Below, in pieces: positions 49,050-59,500 of a stretch of DNA of 64,000 nucleotides (its first letter is position 1; each line of letters starts with the position of its first letter). The translations under genes were made by a program, and so were the position numbers. Source of the stretch: Deltaproteobacteria bacterium (GTDB taxonomy: Bacteria > Myxococcota_A > UBA9042 > PHBI01); the NCBI GenBank assembly GCA_011526585.1, contig WYBB01000133.1, forward strand, positions 15 to 64,014, written 5' to 3'. The notes beneath the pieces were generated by a model. That model was not told the DNA's origin. It worked only from the letters and a program-made list of their open reading frames with translations, and searched no databases.

Positions 49050-50342
49050 TCAGGGATCGGTGAGGCTCACGTCGCGCACGCGCAGCGCGCGCCTGAGATC
49101 GGAGAGGCGCGCCGAGGTCTTGCGCCCGAGGCGCGAGCCGGCGAAGGCGTCGGCCATGCGCGACCAGACACCGCGGCGCTCGGTCTCGAAGAAGCGGCTC
49201 TCGATCGGGGTCGTCACGGTGGCGATGTCGCGCACGAGGCCGAGCGGCAGGCGGCGCTTGCGCGCGCGACGCCACAGCTCGGCGTAGAGCTCGGAGAGCT
49301 CGGCGAGCGTCGGCTCGAAGCGCTCGACGTCCGGATCGGCGCGCAGGTCGCGGCCCTTGAACGGGCGATAGACCGGCAGGACCGGCACCACGCCGGCGTC
49401 GATCAGCGTGCGCACGCCGTCGAGCGTCGAGGCGAGCGGCTCGAGCCCGACGATGAGGTGACAGGCGATCGCGCCCGCCGGGAAGACGGTGGTGGCGTAG
49501 CCGAGCGCGTCGAGGAAGCGCTGGCGGCCGACGATGCGCGCCGGGCCCTTGCAGATCCGCTCGAAGCGCGCGGGGTCGAAGATCTCGAGGTTGTACGAGA
49601 CGAGATCGGCGCCCATGCCGTAGGTGCGATCGATCCAGCCGTCGGTCGCCGGCGGCAGCGCGTCGACGGCGACGAGCACGTCGAAGTGCTTCTTGAGCGC
49701 GTGCACGTACGGCTCGAGCAGTCGCACCCCGCCGTCTTCGCCGCCGATGTGGCCGATCGAGAGGTGCACCATGTCGACCCGGTGCTCGGCGCGCGCGACG
49801 CGCACCGCCTCGACGATGTCGGCGACCGGCACGAGGTCGTGCAGGCCGTGCTCGCCGACGCCGCAGAAGCGGCAGCGATCGTCGGAGGCGAGGAACTGGC
49901 AGCGGTTGGTCGGCGAGAGCGCGAGGTAGGGGCCGTGCACGGTGCCGATCCGGCCGTAGGGCACGCCGCCCGAGGTCGCGCCTGCGAAGAACGCCGACGG
50001 CGCGCGCGCCTTGACCGGCACCGCGAGGTCGGGCGCCTCGCGCGTGGTGATCGTCAGCGCGGCGGCGTCGCCCTCGAGCGCGTAGGGTGAGCTCTGCACG
50101 AGGCGCGGGTGCACCGGCACCGCGGCCCAGACCTGGCCCGGCAGGACGAGGTCGAGGTCCCAGGCGTTGCCGAAGACGGCGTGCGAGGCGAACTTGCCGT
50201 CGCGCGCCTCGGGGCGCAACCGCTCGAGCGTGGCCGGCGGAACGCGCAGACCCCGCCGCATCAGCTCGAGCTTCAGCAGGCCGGGGTTGTGCAGGATCTC
50301 GGCGGCATCCACCATGAGCGGCACGCTAGCCAAAGGTGACAT
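49050..50342 (-). CDS. Radical-SAM-like protein with non-canonical CX8CX2C cluster motif
   Basis: NRCQFLASDDRCRFCG, followed by IGHIGGEDGG and TIM-barrel-like alternating strands. An alternative ATG lies at 50315. Confidence 0.6.
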   Translation of the reverse strand: MSPLASVPLMVDAAEILHNPGLLKLELMRRGLRVPPATLERLRPEARDGKFASHAVFGNAWDLDLVLPGQVWAAVPVHPRLVQSSPYALEGDAAALTITTREAPDLAVPVKARAPSAFFAGATSGGVPYGRIGTVHGPYLALSPTNRCQFLASDDRCRFCGVGEHGLHDLVPVADIVEAVRVARAEHRVDMVHLSIGHIGGEDGGVRLLEPYVHALKKHFDVLVAVDALPPATDGWIDRTYGMGADLVSYNLEIFDPARFERICKGPARIVGRQRFLDALGYATTVFPAGAIACHLIVGLEPLASTLDGVRTLIDAGVVPVLPVYRPFKGRDLRADPDVERFEPTLAELSELYAELWRRARKRRLPLGLVRDIATVTTPIESRFFETERRGVWSRMADAFAGSRLGRKTSARLSDLRRALRVRDVSLTDP

Positions 50343-50358
50343 TGTTAGTCAACAATGT
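50339..50358. promoter_or_regulatory. AT-rich 8-bp perfect palindrome acattgtt-agtc-aacaatgt overlapping the start codon of 49050..50342
   Basis: Read directly. It is conspicuous in a sequence of about 70% GC. It could be an operator or the peroxiredoxin terminator. Confidence 0.35.
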
Positions 50359-50435
50359 CCTGAATCTTTCTTGCGCCCCCGAGGAAGGGGGCGAAGCGGC
50401 GCCAAGGATGCGCGCCGCGGCCGTCGAGACATCGG

Positions 50436-51095
50436 TCAGCTCGGCTGCTTGACCACCCGCAGATAGGGGCGAAGCGTCTTCCAGCCCTCGGGGAAGCGCG
50501 CCTTGGCCGCCTCGTCCGAGACCGAGGGCGGGATGATGACGTCGTCGCCCGGCCGCCAGTTGACCGGCGTCGCCACGGTGTGGCGCACGGTGAGCTGGCA
50601 CGAGTCGAGCAGGCGCAGCACCTCGTCGAAGTTGCGGCCCGAGCTCATCGGGTAGGTCAGCATCGCCTTGACCTTCTTGTCGGGCCCGATGACGAAGACC
50701 GAGCGCACGGTCTGGTTGTCGACGGCGGTGCGGCCGGTCGAGCTCTCGCCGTCGTCCTCGGGCAGCATGTCGTAGGCCTTGGCGACCTTCAGATCGGTGT
50801 CGCCGATGATCGGGTAGTTCACCGCGGCGCCCTGCGTCTCCTCGATGTCCTTGGCCCAGCGCGCGTGATCGTCGACCGGGTCGACCGACAGGCCGATCAC
50901 CTTGGTGTTGCGCTTGTCGAACTCCGGCTTGAGCTTGGCGAGGTAGCCGAGCTCGGTCGTGCACACCGGCGTGAAGTCCTTCGGGTGCGAGAACAGGATC
51001 GCCCAGCCATCGCCGATCCAGTCGTGGAACTTGATCGAGCCTTCGGTGGTCTGGGCCTCGAAGTCGGGGGCGACGGAGTTGATGCGAAGCGACAT
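50436..51095 (-). CDS. 1-Cys peroxiredoxin (Prx6 type)
   Basis: FSHPKDFTPVCTTEL active-site motif. Length and C-terminal domain are typical of Prx6. Confidence 0.95.
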   Translation of the reverse strand: MSLRINSVAPDFEAQTTEGSIKFHDWIGDGWAILFSHPKDFTPVCTTELGYLAKLKPEFDKRNTKVIGLSVDPVDDHARWAKDIEETQGAAVNYPIIGDTDLKVAKAYDMLPEDDGESSTGRTAVDNQTVRSVFVIGPDKKVKAMLTYPMSSGRNFDEVLRLLDSCQLTVRHTVATPVNWRPGDDVIIPPSVSDEAAKARFPEGWKTLRPYLRVVKQPS

Positions 51096-51135
51096 GACGA
51101 TCCTCCTGGTTGTGGTCCGGGCACGTTGAACGGCG

Positions 51136-51572
51136 TCAACGGGTATGCCCCACGTGCAGGGGTGTCAAGAGCGCGTCGCCGTGGCGGAGCCCGATGGCGC
51201 TGCCGGTCTCGACCGCCGCGCTCATGAGCGCGTGCGCGTGCTCGGGCAGGAGCGAGCCGTCAGGCTCGACGGCGAACGCGCGACCGGCGGCCTCGAAGGC
51301 GACGTCGGCGGGGCAGCGCTGGGCGAGGACCTCGTGCGGCGCTTCGATCGAGACGTCGCGGTAGTGGGTGTCGGGGATCAGGAAGGCGAGCGCGAGCGAG
51401 GTGAGGCCGTCGAGCCCGAAGAAGATCGCGCCGACGTCGCAGCCGATGCAGGCGTCGCCCTCGGCGCGCGGGATGAACGCGAGCGCGGCGGCGATCCCGA
51501 GGAGGTCGCGCAGGCGCTCTCGAGGCAGAGCGTGGCGACGAGCGCGGCGCGCATGGAGGTGGTCATCGGCAT
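51136..51572 (-). pseudogene. Coding-like region without an in-frame canonical start; possible frameshifted gene
   Basis: A high-GC3 frame ends at TGA 51136-51138: ...DLLGIAAALAFIPRAEGDACIGCDVGAIFFGLDG...LTPLHVGHTR. It has no ATG/GTG/TTG until 27 codons from the end. An ATG at 51572 (MPMTTSMRAALVATLCLES) lies in a different frame. Confidence 0.3.
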
Positions 51573-51666
51573 GGCGCCCCTCGACGAGGTCCGCCGCGGA
51601 ATATTCTCGGGGCGTGTGAACGCGACGGCTTGTCGGCCCACGCGCGGGTGCCTATGCAAGGTCCTC

Positions 51667-52362
51667 ATGCAGGTCTGGGACGACAGGACCCTCGATATGC
51701 GGGTCCGCGCGACGCCGCCCGACGACGACGCGTTGGCCGACGGCGTGATCGACGAGGGCGCGCCCGACGCGAGCGCAAGCATCCTCCTCTTGAGCAGCGA
51801 TCCGCTTGCGCGCCGCGCGCTCGCCTCGGCGCTCGGCTTCGCCGGTCTCGGCGAGGCGATCGTCGGCGAGCCGTCGCTCGCGCGCGAGCGCGTCATCGAT
51901 CTCGTTCTCTACGACGATGGGCCGACGCCGCTGTCCGGCGCGCTCCGGGCCGAGCCCGAGGCCGAGGAGCCGTGGCTCGCCCTGGTGGCCAGCGGTGCAC
52001 GCGCGAAGGCCGCGCTCGCCGGAGGTTTTCGCGGCGCGCTCGGGCGCGACGTGCCACCCGAGGTGCTCGCCGCCGCAGTCGGCGCGCTCAGGCAAGGGCT
52101 CGTCGCGATCGACCCGCGCTTCTCCGCCGAGGTCCTGCCCGCGCCCGCGCCGATTGGGCCGCCGCTGGCCTTGACCCCGCGTGAGCAGCAGGTGCTCGAG
52201 CTCGTGGCCGAGGGGCTGTCCAACAAGGAGATCGGCGCGCAGCTCGGCGTCTCGCCGCACACCGCCAAGTTCCACGTGACGGCGCTCCTCGACAAGCTCG
52301 GCGCGGAGACGCGCACCGAAGCGGTCGTGCTCGCGGCGCGCTCGGGGCTGCTCGACCTCTGA
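51667..52362 (+). CDS. LuxR/FixJ-type regulator (atypical receiver-like domain plus LuxR HTH)
   Basis: LTPREQQVLELVAEGLSNKEIGAQLGVSPHTAKFHVTALLDKLG. The upstream part of ORF 51145..52362 looks like antisense of the minus-strand coding-like region. Confidence 0.8.
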   Translation: MQVWDDRTLDMRVRATPPDDDALADGVIDEGAPDASASILLLSSDPLARRALASALGFAGLGEAIVGEPSLARERVIDLVLYDDGPTPLSGALRAEPEAEEPWLALVASGARAKAALAGGFRGALGRDVPPEVLAAAVGALRQGLVAIDPRFSAEVLPAPAPIGPPLALTPREQQVLELVAEGLSNKEIGAQLGVSPHTAKFHVTALLDKLGAETRTEAVVLAARSGLLDL

Positions 52363-52448
52363 GCCCTCGGCACGGGCTATCCGATCGGGCAGGGCGCACC
52401 GACGATCGGTCGATGGGCGTCGCGCACGAGGGTGGGCATCATGCCTCC

Positions 52449-53465
52449 ATGAGCAACACCAACTTCGATGCAGCACAGGTAGGTTCGGCGCTGGCGGATG
52501 CCGTCGCAGCGGTCGGCGGCGCGGTCGTGCACGTCAGCGCCGGCGGGCGCCTCGCCAGCGGGGTGGTCTTCGCCGCGAGCGAGCGGCGGATCGTGACGAC
52601 CTCACGCCTCTTTCACGGCGAACGCGATCAAGCGGTGAGCGTGCGCTTCGGCGACGGCACCTCCCGCGCGGCGCGGCTCGTCGGCGCCGACGAGGCGACC
52701 GAGCTCGCCCTGATCGAGCTCGATCCCGGCGACGGCCCGCCGCTGCCCGAGGTGCGCTGGGCCGACGGCGCGCGTGTCGGGCTCTTCGTCGCGCCGGTCG
52801 CGCGCACCGAGTCCGGCCTGCGCACGACGCTCGGCGTGGTGACGCGCGTCGGGCCCGCGTGGGTGACCGCGCGCGGCGGCACGGTCGACCGCTACATCGA
52901 CGTCGACGGCACCCTGCCGCCGGGGTTCTCCGGCGGGCCGCTCATCGACTTCTCCGGCGCCGTGCTCGGCGTGAACACCCGCGGCCTCGTGCCCGGTGGG
53001 GTCACGCTGCCGAGCGCGACCGTACGCCGCGTCATCGGCCTCCTCGCCAGCGGCGGCTCGACCGCGCCCGGCCACCTCGGCGTGGCGATCCAGGCGGTCG
53101 AGCTGCCCGAGGCGCTGCGCGTCGACCCGAGCGCTGCGCGCGGGCTCCTGGTCACCGGCGTCGGCCAGGGCTCGGCCGCGGAGCGCGCGGCGATCCAGGT
53201 CGGCGACGTGATCGTCGCCATCGACGGCCAGGCGACCACCGATCACGCCCACCTCCTGGCCGCGCTCGCGGGCAAGGTCGGAAAGCCGGTCACCGTGCGC
53301 GTCGCGCGCCACGGCCAGGCGATCGATCTCAGCGCGACCCCGGGCGCGCGCGCCGAGCGCCGTCACCACGGCCCACACGGTCCGCAAGGTCAGCATGGGC
53401 CTCACGGTCACCACGGCACGCACGGGCAGGGTCGCGGTCGTCGCGGCTTCTGGGGCTGCCGCTGA
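52449..53465 (+). CDS. HtrA/DegP-like S1C serine protease with PDZ domain and His/Gly-rich C-terminal tail
   Basis: TLPPGFSGGPLID (GxSGGP). PDZ: RGLLVTGVGQGSAAERAAIQVGDVIVAIDG. Tail: HHGPHGPQGQHGPHGHHGTHG. Confidence 0.85.
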   Translation: MSNTNFDAAQVGSALADAVAAVGGAVVHVSAGGRLASGVVFAASERRIVTTSRLFHGERDQAVSVRFGDGTSRAARLVGADEATELALIELDPGDGPPLPEVRWADGARVGLFVAPVARTESGLRTTLGVVTRVGPAWVTARGGTVDRYIDVDGTLPPGFSGGPLIDFSGAVLGVNTRGLVPGGVTLPSATVRRVIGLLASGGSTAPGHLGVAIQAVELPEALRVDPSAARGLLVTGVGQGSAAERAAIQVGDVIVAIDGQATTDHAHLLAALAGKVGKPVTVRVARHGQAIDLSATPGARAERRHHGPHGPQGQHGPHGHHGTHGQGRGRRGFWGCR

Positions 53466-53729
53466 GCCGAAGAGCGCGTCGCCATCGACCCGCGGCGCCC
53501 CTCCCGGCGAGCGTGGCGGTCGGGTACGACACGCGTGCCCGACCAGCGCGTTGACGACGCGGCCCGGCGCTGTGGAGAACTTGCTCACGCGGCCGTGTCC
53601 GAGCGCGGTCACAGGCGGCTGGCACAGCCGGGTTCGGTGCTGGCATCACGCTTGCTTCGCCACACCGCGGACACCGCTCGGGGGCCACGCACCGTGGCCA
53701 GGCCGAGACGGCAGCGTCGGAGGATATCG

Positions 53730-54218
53730 ATGATTCGCAACGGGCTCTCCATCCTGATTCTGTTCCTCGTCGTGGCCGGCTGCGACGACGACGCGTCGCA
53801 GCGCGGCGCCGACCGCGTGACCGTGACGGAGGTCGAGAGCGAGCACGCGACCTGCGGCAACCTCGAGTACTCCGCGCTCGAGCTCACCCTCCGCAACGAC
53901 GGCGACGAGCCCATCACGCCCGAGCGGATCGAGCTGTCGATCGGCACCGCGCGCATGGTCAGCGCGTTCGCCCCCGCGATCGTCGTGCCGCCCGGCGCGA
54001 CCGTGAGGTTCGAGTGCCACGGCGACTTCACCGGCGAGGCCAGAGCGTCCGACCCGGTGCCGTCCGAGGTCGTCGTGCACTACGCGATCGCCGGCGAAGC
54101 GAAGACCGCCGAGGCCGATGGCACGCACCAGAGCTGGCTCGCATTCGATTTCTGTGACACCGCGTTTCCCGAGATCGAGACCCCGGACTGCGTCGTCGTG
54201 GAGACGACCGGGTCGTAG
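53730..54218 (+). CDS. Small hypothetical lipoprotein
   Basis: GGAGGA lies upstream of the ATG at 53730. The lipobox is LVVAGC. Confidence 0.65.
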   Translation: MIRNGLSILILFLVVAGCDDDASQRGADRVTVTEVESEHATCGNLEYSALELTLRNDGDEPITPERIELSIGTARMVSAFAPAIVVPPGATVRFECHGDFTGEARASDPVPSEVVVHYAIAGEAKTAEADGTHQSWLAFDFCDTAFPEIETPDCVVVETTGS

Positions 54219-54239
54219 GGATCGCCGCCGAGCCGCGAT

Positions 54240-56579
54240 TCAGCGTGCGGAGAGATCGAAGCGGAGCGCGTCGCCGTCGAGGCGCGCGATCACCGCGGCG
54301 TCGCGTAGCCCGGGGTCTCTGGCGATCAGCGCGGCCAGCGGCACGACCAGGCGATCCTCGAGCACGCGCCGCAGCGCGCGCGCGCCGTAGTCGGGGTGAT
54401 ACCCGTCGGCGGCGAGGCGCGTGAGCAGCTCGGGGCTCACGACGAGGTGCAGGCCGCGCCGGTCGAGACCCTCGCGCGCCGCGATCTTGTCGACCTCGAG
54501 CGCGACGATGCGCTCGATCGCCTCCCGCGCCAGCGGCGAGAACGGGATCACGTGATCGATGCGGTTCAGGAGCTCGGGCCGGAAGTGGCGCCGCGCCGCG
54601 CCGAAGTGATCGGCGCCCGCGGCCAGGCCCATGCCGCTCGCGAACCCGGTCGGCTTCGGACCGCCGGCGCCGAGGTTCGAGGTCATCACGATGAGCGTCG
54701 TGCGGAAGTCGACGGTCTCGCCGCGCTCGTCGGTGAAGCGACCCTCGTCGAGCACCGCCATGAGGTTGTCGAAGATCGCCGGGTGGGCCTTCTCGATCTC
54801 GTCGAGCAGCACCAGCGCGATCGGGCGCTGGCGCACGCGCTCGGCCAGGCTCGCGCCGCTGTCGCCCAGGCGCCCGATCGAGAAGAGGCGCGCGGCCGAC
54901 CAGGGCAGGTGGTACTCGCTCATGTCGAGGCGGATCAGCGCGTCGTCGCTGCCGAACATGCGCTGGCACATCGCCTTGGCGAGCTCGGTCTTGCCGACGC
55001 CGGTCGGCCCGACGAAGAGCAGGGTCGCGATCGGGCGCTGCGGATCGGAGAGTCCTGCCTGGAAGCGCGCGATCACCCGGGCGGCGAGCGCGGCGGCCGC
55101 GGGCTGCCCGACGACGCGCGCCTCGAGCGCGGTCTGGATCGCCTCGGCGCTCATGGCGGCGCGCTCACTGATCATGTCGACCGGCAGCCCCGAATAGCGC
55201 GCGTAGCTCGCGGTGATCGCCTCGCCGTCCAGCGCGCTCGGCGCCTCACCCATCGAGCCGGTGCGCACCCACCACTGGATGAAGCGCACCGCCGCGCCCG
55301 GCTGCGCCTGCGCCGGCTCGAAGCGCGCCTGCAGCTGCACGAGGCGTCGCAGCGCGCTCCGCTCCCAGGGGGTCGCGCGCGGGCGCTCGTGCGCGAGCTC
55401 GACCGACTCCGAGAACGAGGGGATCCACGCGGTCAGGGTCGCGTCGTCGGGTGGGTGCACCCAGGCGAGCGAGAGTGCATCCCACCAGCGCGGGTGCTTG
55501 CGCAGGAGGCGATCGGCCTCGTCCTGCGTCGCCTCGGCGATGAGGTAGAGCTCGCGGTTCTCGATCGCCGGCAGGAGCAGCTCGCCGATCGAGCCGCCCG
55601 AGGCGCCGACGGGCTCCAGCAGATCGGCGAGGCGCTCGACGTAGAGCCAGTCGCCGCCTTCGCCGAGCTCGTCGATCATCTTGAGCACGCGCTCTTCCCA
55701 CATGCCGAGATAGACCATGCCGGCGAGGATCCGATCGCGCGAGGTGTGCCAGATGTGGCGCTCGTGCTCGAGGCGGTTCCGCTTCTTCTGCGCCAGCATG
55801 CGCGCGAATTGCCGCACGCGCGCCGACTTGCCGACGCCGCGCGGCCCGACGAGCAGCGTCGACCAGGGGTGCGCCAGGCGATGCTCGAAGGGGCTCCGCC
55901 AGGTGCCGTGGGTGCCGGTGATCTTGCGCTCGCGCGCGCGTGAGACCAGCTCGTCGGCGACCTGCGTCAGGACCGGGTAGCGCTCGGCGAGCGGGACCTC
56001 GCGCTCGTCGTCCTCGTCGTCGAGATCGGCCAGGCGTGAGGTCCACTCACGCACGTGCTCGCGGCCCTCGCGGCGGAACTCGAAGACGAGCTTCTCGTGC
56101 TCGCCGAGGAGCGCGGCGCCGATGGCCGTCTCGAGCGCGGCGCCGGCGAGCTCGAGCGACTCGAGCACCATCCACCAGCCGAAGCGCGGCAGGCCGACGC
56201 GCCAGGCGCCGCCCTCGAGGCGGCAGGCCGCGTACGCGATCGTCAGCGGGAAGGAGCGCGCGCCGATCACCGGGCGTTTGTGCACGAAGGTCTGCGGGTG
56301 CACCTCGATGGTGACGGCGTGCATCGCGAAGCTCTCGCTCCAGAGGTAGCGCTCGAGCGACTCGTCGCCGCGAGCGGCGCGCTCGACGAGCTGCAGATCG
56401 ATCGCGTCCAGCACCTGGTCGAGGTCGCCGCCGTAGGCCGCCGGCGGTGGCTTGTCGAAGAAGAGCTCCCAGCGCCGCATGAGGATCGCGGTGAAGGCGC
56501 CGTGCTCGTGCTGGATCACGTAGACGCGGCAGCTCTTCTTCTTGCGCGCCGCGCCGGGCTCGTGGGGCTCGCCGTTCAT
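54240..56579 (-). CDS. ClpA/B-like AAA+ ATPase paralog 3 of 3 (unique N-domain, degenerate D1, canonical D2, no C-terminal extension)
   Basis: The ATG at 56579 sits 7 nt after GAGGAGG and overlaps the upstream stop (ATGA). D1: GPRGVGKS. D2: GPTGVGKTELA, LLDEIEKAH, TSNLG and YGARALRR. Confidence 0.85.
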   Translation of the reverse strand: MNGEPHEPGAARKKKSCRVYVIQHEHGAFTAILMRRWELFFDKPPPAAYGGDLDQVLDAIDLQLVERAARGDESLERYLWSESFAMHAVTIEVHPQTFVHKRPVIGARSFPLTIAYAACRLEGGAWRVGLPRFGWWMVLESLELAGAALETAIGAALLGEHEKLVFEFRREGREHVREWTSRLADLDDEDDEREVPLAERYPVLTQVADELVSRARERKITGTHGTWRSPFEHRLAHPWSTLLVGPRGVGKSARVRQFARMLAQKKRNRLEHERHIWHTSRDRILAGMVYLGMWEERVLKMIDELGEGGDWLYVERLADLLEPVGASGGSIGELLLPAIENRELYLIAEATQDEADRLLRKHPRWWDALSLAWVHPPDDATLTAWIPSFSESVELAHERPRATPWERSALRRLVQLQARFEPAQAQPGAAVRFIQWWVRTGSMGEAPSALDGEAITASYARYSGLPVDMISERAAMSAEAIQTALEARVVGQPAAAALAARVIARFQAGLSDPQRPIATLLFVGPTGVGKTELAKAMCQRMFGSDDALIRLDMSEYHLPWSAARLFSIGRLGDSGASLAERVRQRPIALVLLDEIEKAHPAIFDNLMAVLDEGRFTDERGETVDFRTTLIVMTSNLGAGGPKPTGFASGMGLAAGADHFGAARRHFRPELLNRIDHVIPFSPLAREAIERIVALEVDKIAAREGLDRRGLHLVVSPELLTRLAADGYHPDYGARALRRVLEDRLVVPLAALIARDPGLRDAAVIARLDGDALRFDLSAR

Positions 56580-59500
56580 GCCCCGGCCTCCTCTGCCCTG
56601 GCGATCGGCGTGGCCGAGCGCGACAGGCTCAGGCACCACGCGACGAGGCCCGGCAGATCGGCGATGTGCCCGGTCTCGTGATGGCCAAGGCGGTGATCGA
56701 GCACGGCGTAGGGGCGCGCTTCGTTCCTGCCGCCGCCCGACTCGTGGCGCAGCGTGCGCACCTGCTCGCGCGCGGTGGCGACCTGCTGGACGAGCTCGCC
56801 GAGCGGGACGGCGTCGGCCTCGGGGGGCAGGAGCTCGAAGGTGACGACCTCGAGCCCGTCGCCGAGGGTGTCGAGCACGTGCGCGCCGACCTCGATCGCC
56901 AGCGCCGCGCGCACGCCGAGCCCGCTCAGGCGCAGCACGACGCGCTCGGCGTCGTCGAGCGGGGCGGCGGGATCGCGGACGAGCTGGCCGCCGGCGGTGA
57001 GCTTCGCGAGCTCCTCGAGCTCGAAGGGTGGCTTGCGCAAGGCGTCTGCGAGCGCGGGCAGGAGCCGTCGGAGCGCGCTCTTCGTGGGGCGCGAGAGGCG
57101 GACGGTGGCGCGGTGCAGCGGCGCGTCGACGCGCGGCGCGATCGCCAGGAGGAAGCTCGCCTGGCTGAGCGCGGCGACGATCTCGCGTTGGGAGCTCTGG
57201 TGGAGGTTGCGCATGCGGCGCATCGTCTTGAGGTTGTGCGCGATGGCGCCTTGGAGGCGCTCGCGCCAGTAGAAGCGATCGGCCTCGTCGGGATCGGTGG
57301 GCGCGACGACGAGGCGCTCGTCGGGCGCGTCGTGGTCGGGGCGGGTGACGAGCGCGGCGAGCGCGTCGCAGGTGCGGTCGAGCACGCGGTCGGCGTCGGC
57401 GCGCGTGCCGGCGAGCAGGTGCGAGTACGGCAGGGTGTGGGAGGGGCGCGCCGGCGTGAGCGTGTCGACGCTGATGACGATCCCGCGCTCGTCTCCGTCT
57501 CCGTGGGTGTCGACGTGCACGCGCTTGAACCCGTCGGCCGGGACGCGCGAGAGCTCGACGGCGATCGGATCGGTCACCTGCGACTCGATCCAGCGCTTGA
57601 CGGTGCGCGCGCCGTACTCGGGATCGAAGCCGCGGGCGACGACGTGATCGACCGCGGCGTCGCTGAAGGTGAGCGAGGCGAAGCGATCGCGCAGGCCGTG
57701 GCGGTCGGCGAGGCGTGTGAGCAGTCGTGTGGTGATCGCGTGCGCGGCCTCGCTCGAGAGCGGGCCGAACGGGATCACGGCGTCGAGGCGGTTGAAGAGC
57801 TCGGGCGGCAGGGCGGCGGCGACGGCGCGTGTGGTCTCGGCGCCGCGCGTGCTCGCGTCGGGCGCGGCGGCGAAGCCGAGCGACGGGCGCGGGTGGGCGC
57901 CGAGGTTCGAGGTGATCAGGATCACCGCGCGACGGAAGTCGGCGGTGCGCCCGGCGGCGTCGGTGAGGCGGCCTTCGTCGAGGAGCTGGAGCAGGAGGTA
58001 GAGGACCGAGGGGTGGGCCTTGTCGAGCTCGTCGAGCAGCACGACCTGAAACGGCGTGTCGAGGAGCGGGCTGGTGAGGAGGCCGTCGGGATCGTCACTG
58101 GTGCCGATGAGTCGGCCCACCGCGTCGGCGGTGGTGAGCTGGTTCATGTCGACGCGCAGGAGGCGTGCGCCGTCACCGTAGAGGTGGGTGGCCAGGCCCT
58201 TGGCGAGCTCGGTCTTGCCGGTGCCGGTCGGACCGGTGAAGAGGAAGACGCCCCAGGGGCGGCTCGGATCGGTGAGACCCGTGCGCACGCGCTGCGCGAG
58301 ATCGATCATCGCCGCGCTCGCCTCGGGCTGGCCGACGACGTGCGCGCCGAGCGCGCGGATCTCGTGCGGCACGTAGCCCGCGTTGCTGGCGCGGTGATCG
58401 ATCAGCTCGGGCGGCACGCCGGCGCGCGTGGTGATGGCGTCGGCGAGCTCGTCGCTCGTGACGTAGTCGTCGAGCTTGGCGGCCTCGTCGACGAGCGCCA
58501 GCGAGCGCCCGGGCTCGGCGCGGCCGGGGTAGAGCACGCGCGCCCAGGTGCGCACGCCCGCGAGCGCGTCGGGATCGAAGACGATCCCGCCGTCCTCGCG
58601 CTTGCGCGCGGCGGCGAGCACCATGCGCACGACCTCGTCGTCGTCGGGCTCGGGCACGAGCAGGCGCTGGAACTGCGCGGCGAAGGCGGGCGCGTCCTCC
58701 TCGAGGCGCTGCCAGGCTTCGGCGGTCGCCTCGCCGAGGATGCGCACTTCGCGGCGCTCGAGCGGTCCGCGCATGACCTCGGCGAGGTTGCGCTGGCTGT
58801 CGCGCGAGCGCCCGAGCAGGGACCACGCCGGCAGATCGGGCACGACCAGGAAGCCGCGGCGGCGGGTGAGCTCGTCGATGAGGCGGGCGATGCGCGCCTC
58901 CCAGTCGCCGTGGTGCTTCATGCCGGCGAGCACGCGGCGCCCGCTGAGCTGCCAGACGCGGCGCACGCGATCGAGGCTCTTGTGCAGAGCGTAGCCATCG
59001 TCGCCGAGGCGCGCGGTGACCCAGCGGTGGATCAGCGTGGTCTTGCCGACGCCGGGCGGCCCGATGAGCACGAGCGAGCCGCGCTCCGACAGCGTCGCGA
59101 GCAGCGTGTCGAGGCCGGGGCGGGGCAGGCCGAGCGCGAGCGCGGACTCGGTGGCGCGCTCGCTGAGATCGGTCGCGATCGCGTCGAGCTCGGAGCGGTC
59201 CTGGGTGTCGTCGGGCTGGCCGGCGCCGGGTGGTCTGGTCTCGGGGCGGAGGTCGGCCCACCAGGAGCCGCGCTTGCGGTTGCCGACGCGCTCGAGGAGC
59301 GAGGGCACCTCGACGTCGAAGACCAGGGTGCGCAGGCGATCCTTGCGCGCCTCGAGCTCGGCGAGGTCGTCGGGATCGGTGACGTCGCGCAGGAGATGCT
59401 CGAGGAAGACGCGGTACTGGGTGGCCCGCGGGCGCTCGGGGTCGACGACGAAGAAGTCGCGCTGGGCGTCGGGGTGATAGGCGATGAACAGTGGTTCACC

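Noticed and set aside
49050-50342. Assigning the CX8CX2C protein to the MSMEG_0568-type nitrogen-starvation radical SAM family
   Set aside because: As I recall that family, its partner genes are a GNAT, a flavoprotein, an AIR-synthase-like protein and a nitrilase. None of these partner genes is nearby, and I cannot verify sequence similarity from memory.
57100-57130. A literal GGQ tripeptide (KLTAGGQLV) in the tail of the middle AAA+ paralog, as a possible catalytic release-factor motif
   Set aside because: By my alignment it falls in the segment equivalent to RF domain 2 (around GEHGGYKE), not in the domain-3 SGAGGQHVN loop, and it lacks the flanking conserved residues. It is probably coincidental, but a structural model should check it.
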